Shown here in pieces: positions 54,527 through 64,000 of a DNA stretch of 64,000 nt. Position 1 is the stretch's first letter. The number at the start of each line of letters is the position of its first letter. The stretch is from assembly GCA_020184695.1 (NCBI GenBank), contig JAANOX010000218.1, positions 1 through 64,000 of the forward strand. The letters are read 5' to 3'. The stretch is from Histomonas meleagridis 2922-C6/04-290x (lineage: Eukaryota; Protista; Parabasalia). Both the position numbers and the translations under genes were made by a program. The notes beneath the pieces are model-generated. The model ran no database searches, had not been told where the DNA came from, and saw nothing but the letters and a program-made list of their open reading frames with translations.

Positions 54527-55222
54527 ATGGAAGAAAAAGAGAAAAAGGAACGGCTTATCCAACAAATCAAACAAATGAGAGCAGAACAAGCCGAAATATA
54601 TGAAACAATATCTCTTCTTAGACAAAAAAAGCAAACATTATTGTCTGAAAAAGAAATTTTTACCCAAGCAATTAAATCAAAAAAAGTAAAAATACCAAAT
54701 GACACAGCGTGTAAGCAACTACTTTTGTTGAAAAAAAATTATGATGAAGAAAAAGAATTATCAGCATCATTGATAAAAGAATTCCAAGAATTAGGTAAAA
54801 TGCAATCAAACCGTGAGCATGAAATCGAAACTGAATCAAGAGAGATATCACAAAATTTAAGAGCGCGCCTTGAATCATACTTATCTACAGAATCTGAACT
54901 TAAGATGAAATTCAGACAAAGAGCAGCACAGCTAATGACAAAACTTATAACTCTTTCTGGGAACGTTGAAACGTGCAGTTCTATACAGAATTACTTATCT
55001 CAATGTTCAAAGATCTCTCTTGAAATCGCTAAATGCCAAAAAGACATTAGGGGACTTATCTCAAGGTCAGAGAAGCTTCAAACAGCAATTAAATATCCAG
55101 ATGTAACACTTATGCCCAAATTTTCAACATATTTTCCTCTTGCTCCAAATGGACCAAAGGTTGCTGTTCAAAGGAGGATTTCATATACTGCAAAAGCAAG
55201 ACTAAGTTTTATGAGCAATTAA
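54527..55222 (+). CDS. Coiled-coil hypothetical protein
   Basis: 231-aa heptad-rich ORF. Confidence 0.65.
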   Translation: MEEKEKKERLIQQIKQMRAEQAEIYETISLLRQKKQTLLSEKEIFTQAIKSKKVKIPNDTACKQLLLLKKNYDEEKELSASLIKEFQELGKMQSNREHEIETESREISQNLRARLESYLSTESELKMKFRQRAAQLMTKLITLSGNVETCSSIQNYLSQCSKISLEIAKCQKDIRGLISRSEKLQTAIKYPDVTLMPKFSTYFPLAPNGPKVAVQRRISYTAKARLSFMSN

Positions 55223-55392
55223 AATAAAATAATAAATGTGATGAATTCAATAAATTTTTTTAAAACTTTTGTTTCCAAATAAATCCACATTTGGTTTTTT
55301 TCTTGCCAATAAATTATGAAAAATATAAAAGAGCAGAAAAAATTTTAATTTTAAACATTAATTTCACATAACATTTCGCTGATTAAAGCAAT

Positions 55393-56442
55393 ATGATAAA
55401 TCCACAAAAACCGAATACAGAAACAAAACCTGATGCTCGTCCTACCAGAATTCGTCCTCCTTATTCCTTTCGCATCTATGAATCATACGATTCAAAAGAA
55501 CGGATCGCAAAAAAATTTGAATTACAATCACATAATAATTTCAAAATACAATTTCCACAAGATTTCCCACGGGACAACGGTCGTCTTCAATTTCAGCAAG
55601 CTAAATTCCAATTTTCAATTCCAAGAACACTTGTTCCAAAAAACGATTTCACATCTAATCAAAGACATCATGTCTCACCTAATATCTTCTCATCATACTT
55701 AGAGAAGGCTGTCTCTGCCAATTTTAATCTTAGTGAGTTTGATAACGATGCCATCAAACTTATTTTTGATTTTGTTGAATATTGGATTAAACTTGTAATT
55801 CAAAAAGCTACTCAAAATGCACGATATCGCATCAACTACTACTCCCCACCATATCCATCACAAAGCGGCCCATGTCGTTCATTACGAAATTCTCCGAAAG
55901 CATCACATCGATTTCTGGAATTTGAGAAACGCCATACAAACGCAGAGGCCATAAAGCTATTAAGTCGAAATGAAGATCCTAACAATCCTATTGTGAGGTC
56001 TCATAAGATCAATGATAATTCGAATTATGATAAATCATTTCATGAATTTTACAACCAATGTAAAATGTTTCCTCAAATCAAAAGTAAACTGCAAGACATA
56101 TTCAATGCGCGTATTCACATGCTTGGACTTGAACATAAGGAAAACAAATTTAATCAGGAGGTTGTACTACCTACTGAACCACCACTACAATATCTCGCCG
56201 GAATTGATGAAAACGAAAAAATAAGAAGGGAAAGAATTGTAATACAGTATAGAGATATCGTAACGGCATTCGAATCGGTTTTCAAGAATTATAGACTCGA
56301 AATTTACACCCAAATGGAAATATTTGTGAAGTCTGCTGACTTTTGCGTAAAATCACAAAAACAAAGGCAACAACAGCAACAGCAACAAATGAATGCTGGT
56401 TCACCAAATATGCAAAATGAACAAATGCAGAGAATGATGTGA
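55393..56442 (+). CDS. TAF4-like histone-fold protein
   Basis: LEKAVSANFNLSEFDNDAIKLIFDFVEYWIKLVIQKATQNARYR (histone-fold-like) plus distal RIVIQYRDIVTAFE; polyQ tail. Confidence 0.55.
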   Translation: MINPQKPNTETKPDARPTRIRPPYSFRIYESYDSKERIAKKFELQSHNNFKIQFPQDFPRDNGRLQFQQAKFQFSIPRTLVPKNDFTSNQRHHVSPNIFSSYLEKAVSANFNLSEFDNDAIKLIFDFVEYWIKLVIQKATQNARYRINYYSPPYPSQSGPCRSLRNSPKASHRFLEFEKRHTNAEAIKLLSRNEDPNNPIVRSHKINDNSNYDKSFHEFYNQCKMFPQIKSKLQDIFNARIHMLGLEHKENKFNQEVVLPTEPPLQYLAGIDENEKIRRERIVIQYRDIVTAFESVFKNYRLEIYTQMEIFVKSADFCVKSQKQRQQQQQQQMNAGSPNMQNEQMQRMM

Positions 56443-56892
56443 TTTATTAATAAAATTTCAACTAATGGAACGATAGGATTTTGAATGCTTTTTGTTGCGA
56501 AATGCTCAGAAATGTTTATCGTTTTGTAATTTTTGATGTGAACTTTTATATATTTATAGGATATTATGGACATAATTGTGATTTAAAAAGCTTTTTATAT
56601 GATCAAGATAATGTTTTCATACATTATTTAATAAATGGTAATAAATAGATAACATTGAAAAACAAAAATCTCGTTATATATATAAACTTATTTATAATAT
56701 ATTATATCTATAAGATAAGCATGTGCTGAAAATAAAATAATCATGTTTTTTCATAATGATAATTACTCTTGGGAAGAAAGACAAAAAAAGGTTCCCTAGG
56801 ATTTGAAAGTGCAATTTAAAATTGAATGAAATAGTATTATAAACTATTTAATAATTTATCGTTTTATACAAGCAAAAAGTGGTAAAAAGACA

Positions 56893-57489
56893 ATGCTTGT
56901 TGAAGATGATAAAATTACATTTAGAGTTGTAACAATTGGAGATTCATCCGTCGGCAAAACATGCATCATAAATCGCTTCATTAATAATAAGTTCCAAGCT
57001 GATCAGCAGAATACTGTTGGCGCTGCAATGGAATCTTTTAATGAAGAAAGAAATGGAAAGAAAATAGAAATCCAAATATGGGATACTGCTGGACAAGAGC
57101 AGTATAAAAGCCTTGGTGCTGTTTATTATAGAGGTGCTGCTGCTGTTATATTTGTTTTTGACTTGTCAAACTACCAAAGCTTTAAAAACCTTGATGAATG
57201 GTTAAACTCTTTCCAACAAGCAGGGAGTGACAAAGCAAGTTTCTTTTTGGTAGGAAATAAATCTGATCTTGATATCGAAGTTCCAGAGAAAGATATTAAC
57301 GATTGGGCAAATGAGCACAACTGTCATTACTTTTCCACATCTGCCAAGACTGGAGAAAATATCAATAAGTTATATGAAAAAATTGTTGATGTATTATTTG
57401 AATCAAGTATCCAAGAGCTTCCTGAAGTTCAGAACATACTTCGTACCGAAACTACAACTGAACACAAAGAAAAAAAGTCTTGCTGTTAA
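56893..57489 (+). CDS. Rab family GTPase
   Basis: GDSSVGKT, WDTAGQE, GNKSD, SAKTG; C-terminal SCC. Confidence 0.95.
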   Translation: MLVEDDKITFRVVTIGDSSVGKTCIINRFINNKFQADQQNTVGAAMESFNEERNGKKIEIQIWDTAGQEQYKSLGAVYYRGAAAVIFVFDLSNYQSFKNLDEWLNSFQQAGSDKASFFLVGNKSDLDIEVPEKDINDWANEHNCHYFSTSAKTGENINKLYEKIVDVLFESSIQELPEVQNILRTETTTEHKEKKSCC

Positions 57490-57889
57490 ACAAGATTCTT
57501 TTTTTAAACAATAGGAACATAATTAACCAATTATTTTTTAATTCACTTCTACTGTGAATATCTCTTCATTTTTTTCTTCGCTTTCATTTTTATGATTTTA
57601 AAATGAACTCCTATAATTTCATATTACTAGCTTCAAAATTACAGCGAAATATATATAAGTTATATCATAGCTCATTAAATACTAAAATAATATTTATTGT
57701 TATGATGCTTTAATATAAGCAGACGACCTTTTTTTTTGAAGACCGTTTGTACAACACCTAAAAATTTTCCAAAATTTTGTTCCAGAAACGATAAATGCAT
57801 TTAAATGGACAACGATCAATTTATTTTCCCCAAAATTTTGACTAGCCACCGTTTTTTGTGACAGTAACCGTCCGGATAAAGAAAACAAA

Positions 57890-59392
57890 ATGTCGCGAGC
57901 TTCAATTCTCAACATCGTTCATCAGACAATAAATGGAAATAGAGACGAAATCGATTTCGCTGCCGGCTTTATGTTAGTGGATCATCTAAACCAAGCTAAC
58001 AACCAACAAGATTTTTCCATTTTTCAAGAAATTATTAAGATCGCTAGAGAAGGAAATAGACAAAAGAAGATTAACTGCATTGCTCTTATAGACATGTTAT
58101 TTAAGAACGGAAACCGTAATTTAATTCAGATACTTCAAACTCCAAATGCAATTTTTGGACTTTCAGATGAACAAATCGTTAATGATCCCGAAGTACATAC
58201 CTTACTTTGTCGTGACGTACAGTCGTGGGTTGATATTTGCAAACAACAAGGAGGAGTTCGCCCAGAATTTATTGATTGGCAAACTAGGCTCTATTCCTTT
58301 AAATATACCTATGTAATGACACAAGAAATCGCCAACAAGTTTGGGCAAGACTTTGCCATTTCCTTTGAGCTTCTTAATGCTTTTACAGATTCCATCATTT
58401 CAGCATCACATCAAGATCTTGGACCTAACTTTCATACCATCCAAGAGATTCTTCCCAACGTCAATGAAATCCATCAACGTCTCAAAGAATTAAAGCCGTC
58501 TATGAAAGATGAATATGCACGAGAAGTTATAGATTTCCTTATCGAATATTGTCTTCTTTGTAAGCAATCTTATAATGACTATCGCCAAATAGGTGAATTT
58601 GATGAGAGTCTTCTTCGTGGAATGGAACATCGTGGAATTCCAAGGCGTCACTCACCACCGCCACAACAACAAATGCCACAGCAGTACCCAGGAATGCAAT
58701 CATATCAACCACCCGGCTCAGGAAGCGCATCATACCCACAGTACCCCGCAGCCCCACCAGTGTACCCGCCGGGGTCAGGAACTTCACCCGGGTACCCCAA
58801 TGGGTCAGGAAGTCACCAAGCGCCACAGCCTCAGCCTCAGCCGCAGCCGGTCGATCCGCAAGCTCCAATGTATCCTCCTCCTATGTACCCACCACCACAG
58901 TTCCCGCAATTCATGCAATCGGGTGCGCAATCACAGCCACCTCAACAGCAACAGCCGCAGCAGCCACCACAGCCTAAGGCTTATGTGGGCGCACAGCCAA
59001 TGAAACAAGCAGAGCCAAAGCCGCAGCCTCAGCCTCCACAACATCAAGCACAACAGCCACAATACCCTGGAATGGGCCAGCAGCAGCCACAACAATATGG
59101 CAATTATCAACCACAACAATCGCAGCCAGCATATAATGGTTATCAGTCACAACAAGCTCCAAAGCCACAGCCACAACAACCACAACAACCATCATACAAT
59201 AGTTACCAGCCGCAGCAACCACAGCCTCCAAAGCCACAGCCACAGCCGCAGCCATCATACAACAACTACCAACCACAGCCACAACAGCCAGCATATAATA
59301 ATTATCAGCCACAGCAGCCACAGCAGCAACAGCAACAAGCTTATGCGCAGTACCTCGGAACAAATCAGTATACCGCGAATCAGTACTTTTAG
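57890..59392 (+). CDS. VHS-GAT domain protein (TOM1/GGA-like) with Q/P/Y-rich tail
   Basis: N-terminal VHS-like (CIALIDMLFKNG), helical GAT-like region, about 250-aa low-complexity tail. Confidence 0.75.
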   Translation: MSRASILNIVHQTINGNRDEIDFAAGFMLVDHLNQANNQQDFSIFQEIIKIAREGNRQKKINCIALIDMLFKNGNRNLIQILQTPNAIFGLSDEQIVNDPEVHTLLCRDVQSWVDICKQQGGVRPEFIDWQTRLYSFKYTYVMTQEIANKFGQDFAISFELLNAFTDSIISASHQDLGPNFHTIQEILPNVNEIHQRLKELKPSMKDEYAREVIDFLIEYCLLCKQSYNDYRQIGEFDESLLRGMEHRGIPRRHSPPPQQQMPQQYPGMQSYQPPGSGSASYPQYPAAPPVYPPGSGTSPGYPNGSGSHQAPQPQPQPQPVDPQAPMYPPPMYPPPQFPQFMQSGAQSQPPQQQQPQQPPQPKAYVGAQPMKQAEPKPQPQPPQHQAQQPQYPGMGQQQPQQYGNYQPQQSQPAYNGYQSQQAPKPQPQQPQQPSYNSYQPQQPQPPKPQPQPQPSYNNYQPQPQQPAYNNYQPQQPQQQQQQAYAQYLGTNQYTANQYF

Positions 59393-59454
59393 TGAGTGAA
59401 TAAACCTCAAAATTGAATTCATTTCGCTCTGTTTGTAATACATTTATTCACAAG

Positions 59455-60615
59455 TTACGTGTTATCGAACGCAATTTTCTTTTTGAAGACTTCGATGTCG
59501 AATTTGCAGTCGCGATGCAAATCAGGAACGTGCCCCCTGACAAACTTTTCGAACTCTTCGAAAGGAACTAACTTCTGGTGGCCAAACCTTGGCGACAAGA
59601 TGATTTTCCCATTAAATCGAAAGACGACAAAAAAAGAATTATCTTTTTTCAAAACTTCGATGACTAAGTAAGAGCCAAATGGCGGCCACATACCATTGAT
59701 ATACCCTAAATACCCTAATGCAGCATTCAAATTACCATCGTGCGCTGACCAATGGATGAATCTCACCGTTGAGTTGCCGTTTATCCGATTCAAAATGTGG
59801 TTCAAAATCTCTGACATTGAAAATCCAAACGATAGAGGATAAACGGTTTCATCGGCGTTGGCTTGTTGCGCTTCTTGAGCCTTAACTCGCTGGATGTCAA
59901 TGATATAATCCCTGTTAATAGGACGAGGTAATTTCATGTCCTCACAAAAAACAGGAACTGTAGCATCTAAATTAAATCGCCATGTCGACCCAAGAATTTT
60001 TGATGCTTGCGACATCATTGCTTTATCTTCATCGGAAAAGTTGACTTTGGACTTAGCTTTTGACATCTTTTCACCAAGGTTGGGACATAAATTCTCAGGA
60101 TTTCGCCATTGATCAAAATCATGATCTGCTGTTTCAATGTAAACTTTTTTGTGGTTTGGATAAAGGCCATCAATAAAATTCATCTGTGAGTTCAAAGTCC
60201 TATGAGTCCATGTGGTACGAAAAAGAATAACAGGTCTTTTATATGTGGAAGGAATGAATTTGAGCTGATTAACATATATTGATCGAAAATAGGAGCCAAG
60301 CTTACGCAATCCTTCGGCACCAGTTTCAATAAGCTGACCAATAATGCAATTTCCAAGTGAAACTGATTTTCCATAACCAATATTAATTTTAATTGGAAAA
60401 TCATGTAAATAACTGTAAGATCGGAGGTTTTTGTTATAACATTTCCATACGTTTGATACATTTTTTGGTATGTGAAGAGAAGTCCTTGCTCCATGACGCG
60501 TGATAACATGAACTTGTATCAAATTAGTGCTTTCAATTTCTTCATATGGTGGATAAGGGGGCTCACATAATGGGTCAACAATTTTCATTGTTATACCCAT
60601 GAGCAAAAAAAGCAT
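59455..60615 (-). CDS. Histidine acid phosphatase (branch 2), secreted or lysosomal
   Basis: VITRHGART, HWSAHDGN, N-terminal hydrophobic signal. Confidence 0.93.
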   Translation of the reverse strand: MLFLLMGITMKIVDPLCEPPYPPYEEIESTNLIQVHVITRHGARTSLHIPKNVSNVWKCYNKNLRSYSYLHDFPIKINIGYGKSVSLGNCIIGQLIETGAEGLRKLGSYFRSIYVNQLKFIPSTYKRPVILFRTTWTHRTLNSQMNFIDGLYPNHKKVYIETADHDFDQWRNPENLCPNLGEKMSKAKSKVNFSDEDKAMMSQASKILGSTWRFNLDATVPVFCEDMKLPRPINRDYIIDIQRVKAQEAQQANADETVYPLSFGFSMSEILNHILNRINGNSTVRFIHWSAHDGNLNAALGYLGYINGMWPPFGSYLVIEVLKKDNSFFVVFRFNGKIILSPRFGHQKLVPFEEFEKFVRGHVPDLHRDCKFDIEVFKKKIAFDNT

Positions 60616-60800
60616 GTTGTATTTTTAGTATTACAATGAGAAGCTTTCCTTCATTTTAACGGCCGCCTATCAACACATTTTTTGAATCTGTTTTGATCAT
60701 ATTAAATATAAAGTTCACAAAAACTGGCAATTTGATTCATAATGATTGGTTTATTGTTAAATTTAACAATAAAAATTTTCGATTTCACACGATTACTTAA

Positions 60801-61381
60801 TTAAGCAACAAAACATACTTCTTTGTGATCCGATTTCTTATTGTTGTTCTCTTGTTTACAATTTGTTTTTGATTTTTTAATTACCATCCGAATAATTGTT
60901 TCAAAAATTTCTTGAACATTTATATAATATTTTGCTGAGATTTCAAAGAACTTGGCACCGAGTTTTTTGGCAAGTTCTTCCCCTTGAGATTTGCTAACTT
61001 GTCGATCTTGAAGATCAATTTTATTGCCGCATAAAAGAATCGGCACATCCGGAGATCCTTTTGCTTCAGTTATTGTTTTGTAATACATTTCTATTTCTTC
61101 AAAAGAAGAAAAGTCATTTATTGAGTACATTAATATAAAACCATCTCCATCTTTGATATAGGGATTCCTCGAAGAATGCGTGAGTTCTGATTGGCCTGGT
61201 AATACAATAGCTTCAAAAAATATTTCTTCATTATCAATTTTAATTTTACAGTATATGGAAGTTTCAATATATGGATCGTAATCATCAACAAAAGTTCTTT
61301 ATAGAACATTAAAGTTGTTGACATTTTACCAACGCCTCCATTTCCAAGTAAAACAATTTTAATTTTGTTGTTTGTTTCCAT
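60801..61381 (-). pseudogene. Ras/Rap-like GTPase with a single frameshift
   Basis: GNGGVGK, then after a frameshift near 61295 FVDDYDPYIE...GDGFILMYS...CGNKIDL...EISAK, CaaX CFVA; G3 degenerate (VLPGQ). Confidence 0.75.
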
Positions 61382-61493
61382 GTAACAATTTCAAAAGACG
61401 ATGAATAAACTATTGAAAAAACTTTGAAAAAGTTGTATGACAAACCCTCCCAGAATCACTTTTTCATGGACTAACGGTTGGACCACTTAACAA

Positions 61494-62003
61494 ATGGATT
61501 TCTTGGTGGTAGGAGCAATCCTCACAACAATGATTCCATACCTATTTTATGCATGGGCGTTTAAGTACACTGAAACGTTACCAAAATTTTTGAATCAAAA
61601 AAGGTTTATCAGGATATCCCAATTTTTTAAGCTTCTCGATGTTGCATTTTCACTACCAATAATGTATAGGTCTGGCATAAATAGTGCAGGCGCTTGCATT
61701 GGCTTGCCAATGATATTTATTGGACAATACTTAAATGAACTCGTTTACACAGTTTTGGGAGACGCCGGTGTTTACTATGGACTTGAAATGAAGGTTGTGA
61801 AACCTCGTTGGATTGGTGGGTTCCCATTCACAATTGGTGATCCACAATATAAAGGATCAATAATGACTGTTATTGGCATTTACTTCTGTGTTCAATCTAC
61901 AAAAGATGTATTAGAAATTACTATTGCTTGGATAGTTTCTTACTTCTTTATAGTATGTGTTGAAAACTCACCGAGTTCTTTACAAAGGAAAAAGACAAAA
62001 TAA
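61494..62003 (+). CDS. Phospholipid N-methyltransferase (PEMT/PLMT family)
   Basis: GQYLNELVYTVLGDAGVYYG...WIGGFPFTIGDPQYKGS matches plant-type PLMT; multi-TM. Confidence 0.85.
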   Translation: MDFLVVGAILTTMIPYLFYAWAFKYTETLPKFLNQKRFIRISQFFKLLDVAFSLPIMYRSGINSAGACIGLPMIFIGQYLNELVYTVLGDAGVYYGLEMKVVKPRWIGGFPFTIGDPQYKGSIMTVIGIYFCVQSTKDVLEITIAWIVSYFFIVCVENSPSSLQRKKTK

Positions 62004-62334
62004 ACATCTCATCACAGTTTTTTTAAACACAGTCTGTCAATTTTAACTAAAAGTACAGTTATCTTTCACAGAATTTCAATCCATTTTTTAGTGAAAAAAT
62101 TACAGTATTACTGGTTTAAAAAAATTATTATGTATATGTTCCTTTGTTTCCAATCTTTATTGTTCTAAATCTTTTCCTTTTTTTACAAAAGCCAATTCGG
62201 ATGAAATTATTGTTATTTGTCTATAAAGAAATTTTAATGTTTTTTACATTTTTAATCATTACAAGGTCAAATGAGTTTCTTTTCTAAAGATTACATATGA
62301 ATAAAAATTATTATTACTATCTATTTATAACAAT

Positions 62335-64000
62335 TTATTTCTGTTTAGGATTTTCCAACTGTATTAAACCAATTGGAGTTATCCTACATGTTTGTATTAA
62401 GAACTCTCTTACCATACAAGCGAACATTTTTTCATCTTCTTTATGAACTTTAAGTTGCTTGATGAAATCCAAGTAAACCAGCGAATTCTGTTCATTCAAA
62501 ATTGAGCAAAGCGATTCAAAGATTTCAAGGTCAATTCTTAAGTCCGATACCGAATTCAACATCAATACATTTAACAACTTTACCAGTGAATTGAAAGAAC
62601 TTGAATGCAGCATATCAAAAAGTGAGTTCAAAACCGCCAATACGAAACTTCTTCTATACGAACAATTAAATTCATCGATTTGTTGCTTATCGAATTTTCT
62701 TATCATACACATTATACATGAAATTGCAGCTTCATTATTATCGCTTTTCAAACTTTCAATTCCGCCTAAAATTGATTTACAAATTTGTTGTATGCAAATT
62801 ATTCCAACATTAAATTTCGAGATCATTTCAAAGTAATCAGTTTCCAAGTCATTGTTATTACTGATATAAGGCAATATAATATCACTAACAATGTTTGGGA
62901 GGAATTCTTCGAATTTTTGATGAGCATTTCTTAAAGCAGCGATTAAAAAAAATGATTTCGTAAACAAATGCGGACATTCTTTAATCATTTCAAGGATTCT
63001 TTTTATTATGATTTGTATCATTTCATATTGCGACTCACAAAAACCAATCGAAAGAATCAGAAATAAATAATTCACAAACTCTTCATTATGAAATAAAGGA
63101 TCGAATACGATTAATGATATATCAAGAATTTGTTGCCATAAATATTTAAATATTTCACCAGAACATTTCGTTTCTGATGATTTAAACATTAAACACTCAA
63201 ATGCAATTTGGATTTGTTTCCAATCGGAATTAGGAAACATCGAAAGGAAATTATAAAATCGTTGTTGAATTGGATATGAAACTAATTGATAAAACGAATT
63301 TTGATTTTCCATAAATGATATTTGCCGACATATAATTTTAAAGATTCGTGAGCCACAACTTAAACCTAAAAAATTCTCAAGGTTTTGTAACAAATGAAAA
63401 AATAAAAAATTGTTGTTAACATAATATATGTTTTGATTCTTTTTCGATAGATAATTAAGTGCATGTGATGATGAATCTTGAATGCCTTCACATTGACATT
63501 CTAAACATCGAATCAGAAAATATATAAATCGTTCAATTAATGAATTTTCGGAATTTATACATTTGGAACATCGACTTAACGCAAATAATCCAGATGCAAC
63601 CATTGGCGCTGTTTGAACACTTAATTCAAGTGTTGAAATTTCATGAAAAACATTAGAAAATGCTTGAACATAAAAACTCGATTCAATTTCATCCGAAATC
63701 GATGCAATAAGAATACCAAATGCATAGTTCGTTTGTATTGTAATTTGTTCTTGAAAAATTAATGCACTAGCACTTTGTGAATTACATTTATAAAAATAGG
63801 AAAAGCATTTAAATACAATTTTGTCTTTGATAACGCCTTCGTTAATGGTATATGTTAAAATGTTTAAAAAAGGTTTGCTGAGAACGGTGTAAATATCTGA
63901 AAATAGAAAAAGTGTCGTCGATTCACCACTTTCCGTTATTTGTGTGAACGCTCGCTCAAAAACAGAAAACCAAAGCTTCCAAACTAAATGAACGCGTGAA
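62335..64000 (-). CDS. Exportin (CRM1-like) C-terminal part; gene runs off the window
   Basis: Frame is open from the window edge to the stop at 62335; HEAT-like; SLFDMLHSSSF resembles the CRM1_C motif. Confidence 0.6.
   Translation of the reverse strand, partial: SRVHLVWKLWFSVFERAFTQITESGESTTLFLFSDIYTVLSKPFLNILTYTINEGVIKDKIVFKCFSYFYKCNSQSASALIFQEQITIQTNYAFGILIASISDEIESSFYVQAFSNVFHEISTLELSVQTAPMVASGLFALSRCSKCINSENSLIERFIYFLIRCLECQCEGIQDSSSHALNYLSKKNQNIYYVNNNFLFFHLLQNLENFLGLSCGSRIFKIICRQISFMENQNSFYQLVSYPIQQRFYNFLSMFPNSDWKQIQIAFECLMFKSSETKCSGEIFKYLWQQILDISLIVFDPLFHNEEFVNYLFLILSIGFCESQYEMIQIIIKRILEMIKECPHLFTKSFFLIAALRNAHQKFEEFLPNIVSDIILPYISNNNDLETDYFEMISKFNVGIICIQQICKSILGGIESLKSDNNEAAISCIMCMIRKFDKQQIDEFNCSYRRSFVLAVLNSLFDMLHSSSFNSLVKLLNVLMLNSVSDLRIDLEIFESLCSILNEQNSLVYLDFIKQLKVHKEDEKMFACMVREFLIQTCRITPIGLIQLENPKQK

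Noticed and set aside
58539-59443. Several antisense and alternate-frame ORFs over the Q/P-rich tail
   Set aside because: Shadow ORFs of low-complexity CAR repeats
1-64000. tRNA, rRNA or snRNA genes
   Set aside because: No T-loop GTTCRA cloverleaf, rRNA or U-snRNA signature recognised by eye; tRNAscan-SE/Infernal would be needed to exclude divergent ones

Overview
Eukaryotic, AT-rich, gene-dense and intron-poor genomic DNA. It is almost certainly from a parabasalid protist (Trichomonas/Tritrichomonas/Histomonas group), judged from M3/M5-type core promoters, TAAA poly(A) signals overlapping stop codons, DUF3447 and BspA family remnants, and a Tvmar1-like mariner; the species cannot be fixed from sequence alone. 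The window holds about 35 intact genes. These include four ribosomal proteins (eL13, eL36, eL20, eS26), CDC40, FCF1, AGC and CK1 kinases, a RasGEF, a Rab, a cullin, a DnaJ, two calcineurin-B-like proteins, Myb proteins, a membrane-anchored GH16, PEMT and an exportin-like gene. It also carries several pseudogenes and a complete but inactivated DD34D mariner inserted at a TA inside an AT-rich minisatellite. The best new observation is a gene missed by the ORF track: a 114-aa TEN1-like (CST complex) OB-fold gene at 15045-15438 (-), split by two ultra-short 26- and 23-nt GT-AG introns. Further leads are a shared promoter architecture at all four ribosomal-protein genes, a recurrent GC-rich promoter motif, and divergent TAF4-, MED18- and TRF-like proteins. 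All family calls come from motif recognition by eye, not database searches.
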